From: Lingula anatina
Lineage: Eukaryota; Animalia; Brachiopoda
Assembly: GCA_051362555.1 (NCBI GenBank)
Contig: CM120640.1
Location: forward strand, 46,168,788-46,232,787
Direction: 5' to 3'
DNA length: 64,000 bases
The position numbers were made by a program, and so were the translations under genes. This document shows positions 30,526-43,352 of this stretch, piece by piece (position 1 is the first letter of the stretch; every line of letters starts with the position of its first letter). Under the pieces are notes generated by a model. That model saw only the letters and a program-made list of their open reading frames with translations, was not told where the DNA came from and did no database searches.

Positions 30526-33524
30526 TTAGTGTATGTGATGTCACTTCGCTCTAGTCCCCACCATCTTCAGTCTTCAGCTAAGAATATTTATCAGTGTCTT
30601 GAATTTGATTTTCGATGTAGAGCATCTCTGTGATGTTGAAAATTGTGCTCTTTCATTTGTTTGTGTGCTCAGTGAGTGCTATTGTATGTGAATATTACTA
30701 TATTTTCTCATAAAATTATTTGTTTTCAGTCTGTTGAGGATAGTGGTTTATTAAAAAGCACAAGTTTAGGAACGTTGTATGAAGAAATGGATAGGTAAAG
30801 TTTGGTGTGACAAATACTTTTTTTAGGAAGTAGAACTAAACAAAAGTTATGGACAAAATTTACCTTCACTAAATAACTTACATTGTATGTAGGATATTTG
30901 TAATTATCAGTGTTCATTGAAAAGAAGTGTAGTTCAGTTTGGATGCTTTGTTGATCATATTATTAACCCTAGACTAATTTTTATGAATTCATTCTTCATT
31001 AAAATTTTAATTTATAACTTAACAGTGATTTGGGAAAAGGAATAGTTCTGTGTCAACCTGCCATTCACCATGCACCAGGATACAGGAAATATGGTAAGGG
31101 GTCATGCATTTTTATCATCATTTTCACAAGTCTGCAAAGAGTAAACTTTTTCCAGCCCCCCAGAGAGTACAAGTGAAAAGCTATTTATGGTGATCTTTAT
31201 GTCCAATTCACAACAACCAATATTTTGTGTGCATAGTGGTGTTTATTACTGTTGTATATTTGTGGTTTTGAGATGCAGCAGACATGAATACTCATTGCAG
31301 CTTTTTCCCAATTTTAGTCGACGGGACTGCCTACCATGAAGCAGGATTTGACTCCTTTGCTGCAGGATATGGTATGCATATTTTTTCATACATTGTTGGT
31401 AATTTTGTTAAGAAATATGCTTTAAAGGTAGAAATACTGTGGCTAAGTCTTTTTATGTTTTTTTCACCTTATTAAGTGTAGAATGCAATTGCTTTTGCCA
31501 TTAATCCCCAAATTAATGCTATGAGATTACATTTCAAAAAATTTTACAAAATTAGTGCTATTAGATATAGGGATCTAGATATAGGATAGATGATGAATAT
31601 GCAAAGTCTTGAACTCCAATTAGGAGGTTGTGATATCTTAGAAAGAAGATTACATTTTAATATATAGTATTTACTTCCAGTTTTTCTACGGATGTGCCAC
31701 ATGCATTCACTATATGGACTTTCGTAAGTTTTCTACTCATTTTATCTTTTATTACAGGGGCCTTATTTCTGTTTATATTTTATATCTTAGCTTTTTTAGT
31801 AATGATGTTTTTTTTTGTTTAATTAAAAAATTTTTTTAGAGTATGATATGATTGGAAAAATTTAGTAAATAAATGTAATTAAGACTTGGAGTTGATTTTT
31901 TTTTCTGAGAAGTTTGTGTTGATTGAATTATTAATGTTTTGGATTTTAGGTCCATGCAGGCTGCCCCTCTAGAATTCAGTCATTACATGACCAAGACCAA
32001 ACCTTTCCACAATAATATCAACATGATTAGAGCAGCCATAGATCATATAGTAAGTCCTAAATTCTTGTCTCTCTTTCTGCCCCCCCTCTCTCTGTCTCTG
32101 TTTTTTTTTTTTTTTATTCTGTCTTCCGACTTACAAATTAGTTGTTTGAATAAAGAAATATATCGTTCCTTTTTGACTTGATAAGTGTGATATCCATATC
32201 ACACTTCTGAGCTTTTCAATATTCAAACAAGAAAATAAACTGAGTGTGTTATGGACACTCATGTACATATGATGTTCATTTTATAACAACTGCTAGTAGT
32301 AATAACAATGATTCACAGTGTTTAGATGGTGCTGATCCTCCATCTAGAAGGCCACAATGGTTGCATGTGCAAAGCAGGACATATAAACTGAAAACTGTTA
32401 AGGTAAGGCTGAACATTAAGCTATCTAAAGAGGTTTGCTTAAGTTTTTCCTGTTCACCAATTTTTTCAAGGGTTGGTAGTACCTTGCACAGTCACATACA
32501 ACAAGATTATTGTGTTACAGTACATTTTTGACAAGTAAGCTAATATTATATGAAAATAAGTGGGTCCAGAACGATATTTGACTTACTCCCATGACATGGA
32601 TTTTGTATTTTAAGTTGGCAAGATTGTTCTCTTCCCATGGATCTGTGGACATCAAGATGTTAGGAGAAAGGAAGGCCTTGGTAGCAGTAGCAAATTACAG
32701 AGTGTGAGATAGATATTTGGAGCATTTTAGATAAAGGCAGAACTTGACATTAATAGTTTCTTTGTGGGTGAAAATAAACTACTAAGAAAGAAATATAATT
32801 TTTGCTACAGTAGTAATAATGAGTAATTAAATAGCATTATTTATAATGGCATTAAATTTTGAATAACCTGAAAAATGTGGTATTATGTGCAGTTTAATAC
32901 ACAAATCTCAAAACGTGATGATTATGATAATTTGATTACAGAGCCAAAGATATTCTGAAATCATTCCACAACCATGAACAGATTAAGGTAGCCAAATACA
33001 ACATATGGAGGCATTCTCCTGTGGTCAGAGGAGTTATGTGGTAAGTATATTGGACAGGGCCGTAGCTTGAGCAAAATGCCAGGGGGGGCAGTAAGCGGAA
33101 ACGAGGGGGCGTCCCCCTACCAGTATGGAAAATTCTAAATCCCAGGGGGGGCAGCTGCCCCCCCTGCCCCCCCCCCCCCCGGAGGCTACGGCCCTGTTGG
33201 AGAAAGTTGCTTTGATTGACATGGGCTTGAGATTGATGGCTTGATGACTGTTGAACAGGGATAGACTATTACCTAAGGTCAATTTTGCAATACTGGTCTT
33301 AAGGTGGCTGACAGTAAATATTAGTAAATATCGCTGATAACATGGCAACAGTTTCCATTAGGGACTTCATTGGAAAAAAAACAAGTGAATTCTTCAAAAA
33401 ACATGGGTGTTTATTTACAGGTTAAATAATTTTGATGAATATCAATTTCTTTTGCAGGACTGGCCTAGCACTGTCAGGTGGAATTTGTCTATGGGCTTTA
33501 TTCTCCAGTCAAAAGAAAGATTAA
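23975..33524 (+). CDS. PNLDC1: PARN-like ribonuclease PNLDC1 (pre-piRNA 3' Trimmer), CAF1/DEDDh family, many small exons
   Basis: Spliced translation gives MCDVLRSNFEDEFPRIEEAINRAKFI|AIDSEFTGL, SLFDDGAQRY...QICQFG, FDFNKFIYEGVPFL, PLIGHNMLLDL (29366+), YHEAGFDSFAAGY (31330+), and an RRM-like segment (32614+). The C-terminal hydrophobic anchor VMWTGLALSGGICLWALFSSQKKD* distinguishes PNLDC1 from PARN. Confidence 0.88.
25146..25221. repeat. (TA)n microsatellite (others at ~29459-29515 and ~30484-30523)
   Basis: Directly visible dinucleotide runs. Confidence 0.97.
25397..26181. mobile_element. MITE with ~50-bp imperfect TIRs and TAA TSD, PIF/Harbinger-like
   Basis: taa|agcccagtgaaaatgccctcaacattt ... 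aaatgttaagagcattttaattgggct|taa. Confidence 0.6.
27245..27557 (-). mobile_element. TTAA-flanked MITE family A, inverted copy
   Basis: Reverse-complement similarity to 29894-30233 (aatctgtgcttg, gaccacatagacc, gaatggattcattaaccattgg); TTAA at both ends. Confidence 0.6.
29894..30233 (+). mobile_element. TTAA-flanked MITE family A
   Basis: ttaa|agggataacaa ... ttgttattcct|ttaa; internal similarity to 21987-22563 and 54900-55082. Confidence 0.65.
33055..33196. mobile_element. 142-bp MITE with perfect 12-bp TIRs and 5-bp TSD, hAT5-like
   Basis: ttgga|cagggccgtagc ... gctacggccctg|ttgga, inserted 14 bp downstream of a PNLDC1 donor site. Confidence 0.8.
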
Positions 33525-34525
33525 TTGTATCAGTTAGTGAGGTTACTTTTAAACATGCAGATCAGTTCACAGAAATGCAGTTTGACTGGTCAGAGCAACA
33601 TTTTAATATAAGGACCTACTGGATTTATTTGGTGATTGGCTATTGTATAAATTAAAAGATGTCAGGAGTTTTATATTCTCCTCCTTTCTTTTTATTATAC
33701 AGTGAATTGATACCCAGGTTCAGTTCAACAAGAGGGTCATTGAATAGATAGCTGCCAGGATTACCTCTTCAATCTTTTCTTACAGTGAGTAGATATTAAT
33801 GCATGCCTAACTCATATGTGCTGTTAATTATTGTATTGAAAAAGAAAATAAACGTCAAACAACTGTTTGTTTAGTATTGAATACTTTATTTATAATGGAT
33901 ATTTTTCAATGCAAAAATTATGAGGTAAGTATTGAAAACAATGAACATATAGTACAATGTGTTGTATGCCACTCAATAAAAATTGAGACGAGACTATAAT
34001 TGTTAAGAGAATCATTAATCTAAAGATTTAGATGAGGTAAAATCTATTTATGATAAATATACAGGTTAGATATAAGAAAAACTGGTAAAATATTGCACAG
34101 GATTTGAAGTGTACTTGTAGTAGTTTAATTTGAATTGAAGTCTTATGACTTTTTTTGTGAACCACTTTCGAATTGTTCATTTCGAATTGTTCAAAGATGA
34201 AAAAATCATTGCGCCATTGGGAAATATTGCAAGGAAGTACATAATCAAATAATATATCAGTCATAAAGACGTACAGAAAAACATTGAGCAGCATGGGAAG
34301 CTACACAACTGAAAATCCGTTTTTAAGCCACTTTTTATCATAAGCTACTGGGAAAAAATAGTAATGACCGTGTCGTACATGAACAATTGCTGACGACACC
34401 ATGCAATGATAAATTTTATACTCCTGTATGGTTCAAGAATTATTGGTGAAAACGACCAAGTCTTTTTTCTTATGAAAATGTTGCAAATGTTTTAAAAACT
34501 ATTGCAGCTTAAAATGACCAAGTCT

Positions 34526-36290
34526 CTAGCGCCGTTTAAAAAGCATTGGCAGTGTTTTCAGACACTGACGCAGTTTCTTTTCAACCTCGTCCATGGTAGG
34601 ACGCTCACTCCGCTGCACTGCGAGACAGTCATCCACCAAGTCGGTGATGTTCAGCCACTTCGGCATATCGGCAGCTTTCAGTAAAGCCCCAAAGCTGTAC
34701 ACGTCTGACGAGGCTGTGGAGGGCTTCCCCTCGAAATATTCCGGGGGATGCTGAGGATAACGGAGCACGTGTTTTTTTCTCTCCGATGGATCAACGTAAT
34801 ATGAGAAGCCGAAACTAGATCCACTGACCGTAACCTTGCCGTAATCGATGATAAAAACGTCTGTATTATCATCGATCGGTTCACTCAAAATCACATTGTC
34901 ATCGTGAAGATCATTAAATACGAATCCAAGATTGTGTAACTTTGCGAGTTTCATGGCAAGTTTAACGAAGAGGCGTAGCCAGTCAATCACGAGAGAAATG
35001 TCCTGGACCTGTTTGGGGAGCGTTGTTAGTGCATCACTCAGGGTTATGGTCTTGCGATTCACTGGATCACCAATAAACTGAGTCACCATACCTAAGGCGT
35101 GATATTTTTTCTTCTTGATGCCCTTTTTGAGAAATTTGACGGAGCTCAAGTCCACTAACCCAATAAATTTCGGACCTATGCCACTCTCTGCAAGGGCAGC
35201 AGTTATCCTTGCCTCTCTCACTGCTAAATCAAAGTCAGTTTGATCTTTGAAGACCTTTACGGCGACAGGCAAATCTGATTGTTTTTCTTTGGCAAAATAC
35301 ACTTTGCCAAATGTTCCTTCCCCTAGCAGTATACCCTTTCGTTTCAGAAAGTTCAGGCATCCTACGGGCAGGAACCTTGGGACATCATCTACATTGAATT
35401 TTGGGGAGTTTCTCAAATCCCCCACAGGAATGTCATTCACACGGCGGGCCAAACCTGGAACAGAAAAAATGTATCATTTTCAGCTCTCATTCGTAGGTGG
35501 GGGGCGGGGGTGGATTTAGTTGGATTCCGGGGTGGGGGGAGGAGGGGCTCCGCACGTTTTTGCGATACCTTGGATCAACCAGTGTCAAAAAGTCAACTGC
35601 CCCTCTTTTATTTAATTCTTTATCTTTTTAAAATCTTTTCTAGTAATGCCAATGTCTACTTTGCCGTATGGTTTAATATATTGTGCACTGTGTCCGAATG
35701 CGTCTTCCCACGATAGCTCTTTTCTTATCCCTCGCATTCCCTACTATAAATTGCAACCACCTACTGAAATAATCTTCCGTCTATGTTGTATCTTGATTGT
35801 TTAAATAATTTTTTATCCCCATCCTAAACTAATTGCTGAATTTTACATTTTTCAATGGTAACACCCTCAAATGACTTTTGTATTATAAAATCAAGTTTAC
35901 CATTGATACCCTAGTTTGATGGTCAGTATCTTAACACTTGTTTCACTAAAAGTTGACCTCAACTTACCTTCGTATTCTACATCAACACCACTTTCAGTGT
36001 GGGAATTTATTGAATCAAATGTCTAGTTGGTGGAATGAAAATAAATAAAAGAAAAGAAAATTTAAGAAAATAAAAACTAAAATAGACAAAAAAAGAAAAA
36101 AGGGGAAAACAGAAAGAAAGAAAATATGAGAGAAATAACTTGAGGTACAACAGAAGATGCTATGGAAAAAACAAATATTCTTTCGGACAATTTCAGGATA
36201 AATTCGCTTTACCTGTTCACGCTCTCTCCTCCTCCTGCGTTTTGATCTGTTAGTAGAATCACGGGTTGGATTCCTGGGTGCTAATGACAT
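34526..36290 (-). CDS. Divergent protein kinase (~353 aa); exons 36290-36213, 36022-35968, 35454-34526
   Basis: GEGTFGKVY, VAVKVFK, alphaC Glu (VREA), catalytic loop FNDLHDDN, DYG, PPE and SDVYSFG. Two upstream exons splice in phase (0,1); the N-terminus has a basic KRRRRR run. Confidence 0.85.
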
Positions 36291-37034
36291 TTAAGAAAAA
36301 TATATTTGAATTGTCAAATCATATGATGCAATAAGACAAAAGCCATCGCTTGTCTTTTTTTGCTTACTTTTTATTAATATATTATTAGAATCTTTTCTTA
36401 AGCCGTTTGTTTTGAAATTCATAATTTTACCACAAGATAAAACATTTAGAACCCTATTCAAATAGTTTTGACTCACCAAAGATAAACAGTCTGGCTGCTA
36501 CAGAAATGAAATTGCGAAAACGATTCAACAAAGACGTTTCATTCCTTTGGTTCTGCAAGTAAAATATTTAGATCTAACATACTTATACAGGGAAAATGGC
36601 ATTTATAATATTTATAGTCCCCGCCATTGGTAGTTTTAATACACAAATTATATAATCTATAAGAGTTAAAAGTTTAAAACAGGCCCTAATCAAATCACCA
36701 CAGCAGGAATAATAAGGACTCACATGATTGGCTTTCTTATTTTAGAACACGTTGTCTAGTCTGTAGCCTATATAAATAGCGAACAGGTAATTTGAAAATA
36801 CTCTTTCAAACGTGCTTTTGTTACATAATCTATTGAACTGTACATAGTAAAATATATCTGTAGGCCTACTTACACGTGACGGCATTGCTTTTACATATTT
36901 TCAGCTTAAATATAAGCAAATCAACTGTAATAACACGAGCTATATTGCACGCGTTCACTACTGATTTTGGTTGACAACCAATGGTTTCGATGCAACGGTT
37001 GTCTAGGTATATGATAATGTGACGTCAGGCGCAG

Positions 37035-37317
37035 CACGAGATTTGCGCAATAATCAAACATAACGTCAACAATATAGCAGTGCTAAAAGTTACAGCCTAC
37101 CACAGTCAGCACATCAACTGCGTAAAAATTGCGAAATTAATTGATAATTAAAACATTTATACAAATTCTGACTCAAAACTATTCTTTTTATGTCGAAAAA
37201 GCATGCGTATGTTTGTTATTTCTGGAGCGCGTAGGCATTTGCAGTTACTGTACATTTCCCGGGTTAAATCCACGAGATTTACGCAATAATCAAACATGAC
37301 GTCAACAATATAGCAGT
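37035..37317. promoter_or_regulatory. Pair of 47-bp direct repeats (37035-37081, 37271-37317) with C/EBP-like and CRE-like motifs
   Basis: cacgagattt(g/a)cgcaataatcaaacat(a/g)acgtcaacaatatagcagt occurs twice; TGACGTCA at 37020-37027 and 37297-37304. Confidence 0.45.
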
Positions 37318-38943
37318 TTATGTTGTCACTTCAGTACATGAGAGTGTATTTTTATAATAAGCATAATAAGTTTGGAGAAATTGTTTGAAAGATTTGTAGA
37401 TTTGATATATTTGTTACTTGCTCTGCTTAAACTCACCTCAGGAAAAAATTGAAGTAGTTTTCTCCTACTCATTGATCGATCCGTCACTGCACGTGGATTA
37501 AATATTTTATTCCGTTTTTTATTTCTGTTTTTCCGTTTTCTTATTCCGATGATCGATATGACCAATCATTTAGAACTATCCACGCCAGGTACTTTTATTT
37601 TCGGGAAATTTTATAGCTTTGCTGGGTATGCTCATAGAAAAAAAAGCATAACTTGGAGAGCTTTTCACAGGCGTACAGTGTACCTTAAAGCGTTTGCATT
37701 CATTGTGAAATCGATGCCCCCACCCTTTAACCTCAGAATGGAAAGTGGCACAGCATCAAAGTTCGCCGTAGCTAGAGGCGCATCTAACGCAATAGTTACA
37801 ATCGGTAAAAATCGAAGCTCTTTGACTTCTGTTAATTAAAATTACCACTTGCAAATATTCATTAAAGTTGCATAGCTCAATAATGGTATATTTGACACAA
37901 GAATTACAACGATTTTGTTGACAGAAATACCTTGGGAATTGAAATGTATGTGCTAGGGCCTTAATCCTTACTTTAACAGTAACTTTATCGCATTGTTGAG
38001 TTTTGTATTGCACGAGTTAACAATAATACCAAGTATTTGTTGTTAAGAACTAAAGGTCTTACAGTGTACGGGGTATGAAAATAATTGTTTGTAAAAGGAA
38101 TCAATTAGCCTCTTTCATGAAGACCGTTCACGCTAAATTTAAAGCAGGTTACGTATCCGAAGTATCGGGCGTTCTATTATGAATATTTAAGTAGGAAAGA
38201 AAATCCGATTGTTTACCGACACGGATTGGAAGTTTGTGAATTTCAGCAATTTTTGTAGTGGAAAGTTTAGGCCTACCACACATCTTTCACAGTACACTAG
38301 CGTAACAGCAGAAAGGATTCAAGAGGGGGGAGAAACTAGGCTGGAAATAGTGACAAATACACAGGTCGCCTTATTTATTGGCGATTAGTTACGACCTCTT
38401 CGTGTTTTGTGTGTAACTTGAGATGGTGGGACGCGCTCTGAAGTTCCCCCAAGTGGACATGGGCTCACAGCGAATAGGCCTACAACCAATGTGTCAACGT
38501 GACAATGCCACAGTTACCAACGATATATGAATATTTAGAAGATGTAAACTGATATTGGAGACGCGGTGGATGATGATTAAAGACGTGTTTGCTGAATAGG
38601 GTAACTAGGTACCAGGACGAGAATTACTTCACTGCCAATACCGACCCTTGGACGACGAGAGATGCTGTACTTGTCAAACTCGTGATAAGATGCTGGTTTT
38701 TATTTAAAACAGCTGGTAACTTGTATGTAAGCGTGTAGTTTCAGGGGGCCTTGAACTAAGCCCTATTTTGCTGGTATTTATTTTATTTTGAAAGTATGTG
38801 ACTCACTGAACATAAGTTGCTGGTGGAATTACTCAAACTATATAAAACATCACTGGGGAGCAACGTAGACGCAGCTGGTGCGTCGACAGACGACAAAAAT
38901 GGGAGAAAATACTAAGATCTGACGTGAAAGGTCGTGGAGTGGA

Positions 38944-41152
38944 ATGGCTGGTGAGACAGATTCAATGGCAGGAGAATCCAGTGAATATTCGGATTCTGAG
39001 TCTGAAACTCCTACCGTGGGAGTAAAATCCGACTGGAATTTCAACCGTGCCTGTGCCAGCAGCAGCCCAATTTCAGTTCTTCGTCTCGCTGATTTGGAAA
39101 TCTCAGACGAAGAATGTTTTTGCTCCCGCCTGGCAGATGTGACTCCCTGGGACTACGACGAGTCGGCCACAGCAGTCCGAGATACGGACAACAGGCAAAA
39201 ACATGGAAAACATAAACGGCATAAAGATAAACACTACATGTTACCAACAAAAGCATGGGGTGTATCTAGAATTAAAAAGTCCACAGTCGAGCCGGATCCG
39301 TACCAGTTTCAGCATTATACTAACTACAGACAGTACATGGAAGAGTACAGAACGAGGCATGGGTACAGCGCCAAGGCAACAACACCAGAAAAGAACAAAC
39401 AATTGGAAAATGGACTGGGAAGTAGTGACCCATATTTTCAGAAGATATGGTAAGTTCATAATTCGTATTTCAACGATCACTACATCATTAGTAGAATGAA
39501 ACTGAACAGGTTTTGCTATGAACTTCTGAACAAAATGGAATTCGTGATACTACAACCTAAAATACTATATATTAGGGAGATTGCAACACCACGTGATGAT
39601 GCTACAGAGAAGTGATATAGTACGAATCATATACATGTGCAGTAAGACAGACGATTTCATGGGTCACAGGTGTATATATATATAACAAAATACAACATAA
39701 AAATCATTTCGATTTGGTGTGCAAGACTAATACATTATAGTCTATATGGCGTATGTTAGTTTTATTCTCAACTTTAGAGACATGTCTTAAGTCACAGATT
39801 GAAGTGTTTGTTCTGAAAACACTTGTATCCGAAGTCGGGGTCATTGAAGATAAAGCCAAGATTTTTATGCGAGTTTAACATATGGTCTTTCCATTAACAT
39901 ATTGTTCGCCCTTTTTTCGAATGTGTATAGACCTAGTTGGAAAAAAACTGCCTATTCTTATTCAGTTTCCCGACTTTTATCGATTCGGATACGAAATTTT
40001 AGCTCTTTCTGTCAAAGTAGAAGAAAGCATTTAACAGGTGTCTAGAGTATTTCTCAAATATTTAGTCACCATTTTAATTTTAGTCTCTTTAATATCATGA
40101 GTGCGTGAAACAGCTATGATAAACACAAATTATCGACTTGACTGGATTGGAAGAACGGCTGTTTCTTTCCCTACCTTTCTCTCTCCAGCGCTTATATAAT
40201 TAATTACTACAGATTTCATTGCAAGGGGACTGTCAAGAGAAATTTGGATTACGTCCGTAAATTCGTAATGTTAGAATTATATGCAGGGACATAAATGACG
40301 CATTAAGGTAATCATTTCAATCACACCACATTCTCTGAATTTTTTTTTTTTTTTTTTTTTTTTGTCAAAAATGAAGTAGATACATTTAACCTTAAATGTT
40401 ATAGACCATGTTATGAAAAAGAAATACTATTGATTCCACGGATCCTAACGAAGAATACAGATCGTGGTGTATCTAACCTAAGATCTAATAAACATCTAAT
40501 AATCTTACATCTAACGTACATGAATACAGAAGCGGCAAACTACTTCAAGTGTGCTTCTTAAGCCCTGGGTCTACAGGTATACTTTTCATTATGTTTACCA
40601 TGCAACAATACTACTTCCACTGCGTATCGATTTTCCTTATAAAAGCAGTAGAAAGTTGCGATGCCCCCATACAATATGGATGAGACGATACACAGTGACG
40701 GATTATTACTGTTGACTTTTCGATAACAATGTTGACGCTATAATAACTTCTCTGGAAGCATGCTTGCAGTGTCATGCTTAATAAGATGATTTGGTTATTT
40801 TTTTCCATTAGTTCAGTTTAGGTTATGAAGAGCGTGGCAATTATTTATCCGACAGCATAGCTCTGGAGTTATACCCTAAGAAGTAATGTTAGGATTTTTT
40901 CTTGTTTGAATTTGATAAAAAATTAATTGAAGGCCATTTTTTATTGGCGTAATTGATTTGATGATCAGTTACGCAGTTAACGCACGGGACCAGTTATTGT
41001 TCAAGCAAGGCTTTTTTTTACTTGATACATAATTTATTTCTTTTCTTCTATATAATTTGAAAGCTGGTATGAACAAACATGCAAAAACACTTTTTACAGT
41101 TCTACTAACGTGAGCATTAAAAATTATGACACAGCTATATGTAACCAAAATG

Positions 41153-41183
<31 letters not shown>

Positions 41184-43352
41184 AAGACATTTTCAATGTC
41201 TATATAAATTCCATACTGTTTAATTCCAGTTATATTCTACATAATCTTCACAGCTTTGCGTTTATAAGACAAGCGAGGTCTATGTTGCAGAGTGGACAAG
41301 GGTAAGGAAGACGCAGCGGTGCCGTGGATCAGTTTGTTGCCAGGTTTTGCCACTGGGATAACAGCCATTCAAAAGCTTCGTTGCTGTAACTCCCCACCCC
41401 GTGTTTCAGACCTCTAGCAGAGACTCTGCTCTATATACAGCATGTTTCCCTCCTCCGTTAAACTTACACGGGGACGGCAAGCGTATGTAGAGTACGATGA
41501 TCGCTGAATATTTCTGAAACGCGGGGTGCTGTCCCCATCTTCCATCACCATTTTATTGGCCAGAGTGCTTGAATTGGATTTTATTTTCCAGTATTGGTGG
41601 TAAAGTTTGACGCAGGGGTTCGGTTGGCTTTTGCCATTGGATTAACAGCCGCAAAATGTGTTTCTGATGAGCTGTGCTCACTCACCTTCTAATTGGGCCA
41701 TGTTTCCTTCATTGGATTCAATTTTGATTTTCAGTGACGTTTTATTACCTGTTTGAATGCACATCGCTTTTTGCACGTTATGAGGCAAGTCCCGTCTGCG
41801 AAATAAACTACAAAAATAATAATAATAATAATAATAACCCATTTCGTGTGTATTCCTTACCTCTTCATTATAACTTTCTTTAATGTATAATACATGTTTA
41901 TGAAAAGCTTTGTCAACACCATTTATAGAATTTATGAAACATCAGCTACGTTTGGGGTGAAGTGAAAGATTTGTTTTGAATTTCTGTGATATGTGCACTA
42001 TGGAATCGACCTGACAGAGAATTATTCATTTTTTTTTTCGTTTTAGTCCCAACGAGGCGACGGAAATACCCAAAGAGGCTGAAGGCGTTCCAAACGGTGC
42101 TGCAAACCAAAGCCCAGATGAAACCGTGCCGTTGCCAAAGTCAGCTCCAGCCTCACAATCGATACCTGCCGCACCGTCTTCACAAACTGGAACTGAGAGT
42201 CTCATGAAGCAGAAACCATGTCAGGACGATCCACCGACATCGCCGCGTAAACCTCAAAACACTACCGAAAAATTACCTCGGAAAACTAAGTTCAGCCCTG
42301 AGAGTAACTCCTCAGAGAGCGACGGTCATAGCAAAGGTAATGGGGATTCTTTTGCCAAGGGGAACGTGGACATAAGTCGGAGATCGGTGCTTCCAAAATT
42401 AACACCTCGACGAGGGGAACCTGGAGTACGGCTTGCTCCTGAAACGATAGCTTTACGACCATCTGCCGATTCCGAGGAGGCCAAACTCGGTGCAGGAAAC
42501 CCCGTAATCGCCAGCTACGTCACAGACAATTTCAGGGAGAATAAACATTTGCCAACACCTTCCAACCCACTGGAAGAATTTCGCGAACATGCCAGATCAC
42601 AAAAACGAAAAACGTTTGGATTAAAATCTGTCCATTCAGTTGACATTTTAAGTGTGATAAAAAAATATGCAGCAAAAGCGAGAGAACTATATCCACAGTT
42701 AGCGGCAACGGGCCCTGGCATCGACCCGAAACCGATCACAGTACGAACTTTGGGGCAGCCAGCTCAAAGACAGTTGCCGAAACTGAACGTCAGATCTATC
42801 CTTTTAAAAAGTGGCGATCACCAAAATGGCACTGACAATGGTGGCATCGTATCGTCTGAAGGCGGTAAACCGCGAAATCGTCCGCCTACACCGATGCCTA
42901 ATTTACTCCTTCAAGCTCTGACTAACCCCGAGCAATATGAACAATGTTTGGCAAGGCTGAAGCAGGCGGAAGATTTGGTGAGGCCGCGCCTACCCAGTAG
43001 CGACAGTGAAGACGGACAGGGCAGCAGCAGACTAACTCGATCTGATAGCTTCAAATGGGAGCTCGGGGAACTGAGAAAGGCGTTCAAAAGGAGGGACAAA
43101 ATGAAATCCCCCCTTTCAAAATCTGATCCAACCGGTCAGTCTCTAAAGCAGAACTCCGATATCAACAAGAAATCTTTCGATAATCAAAAAATTTCATTCA
43201 GTACCACAGAAGGAGTGTATAAGTATAAAGTCCCTTCTAAAGAACGGAAGGACCCCAAAAAGCTTGATATTACTGGGTTTCCTTACAGAACTCGAGAACA
43301 GCACGAGGCTTTCTATGCACGATTGAAAAAATACAAAGCACAGGACGGATAG
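38944..43352 (+). CDS. Uncharacterised low-complexity S/P/K/R-rich protein (~603 aa); exons 38944-39449 and 42047-43352, possible 48-nt exon 41254-41301
   Basis: Two long GC-richer ORFs are joined in phase 2 by TG|gtaagt ... ttttag|T. No domain recognised. Confidence 0.65.

Noticed and set aside
25119-30633. (YI)n ORFs
   Set aside because: Translations of intronic TA microsatellites.
23975-33524. Calling this gene PARN
   Set aside because: The C-terminal hydrophobic anchor and the lack of a long basic tail fit PNLDC1 better.
37326-37565. Basic minus-strand ORF as an additional kinase exon or paralog
   Set aside because: It has a donor-like site but no verifiable start or in-phase link to the kinase; insufficient support.
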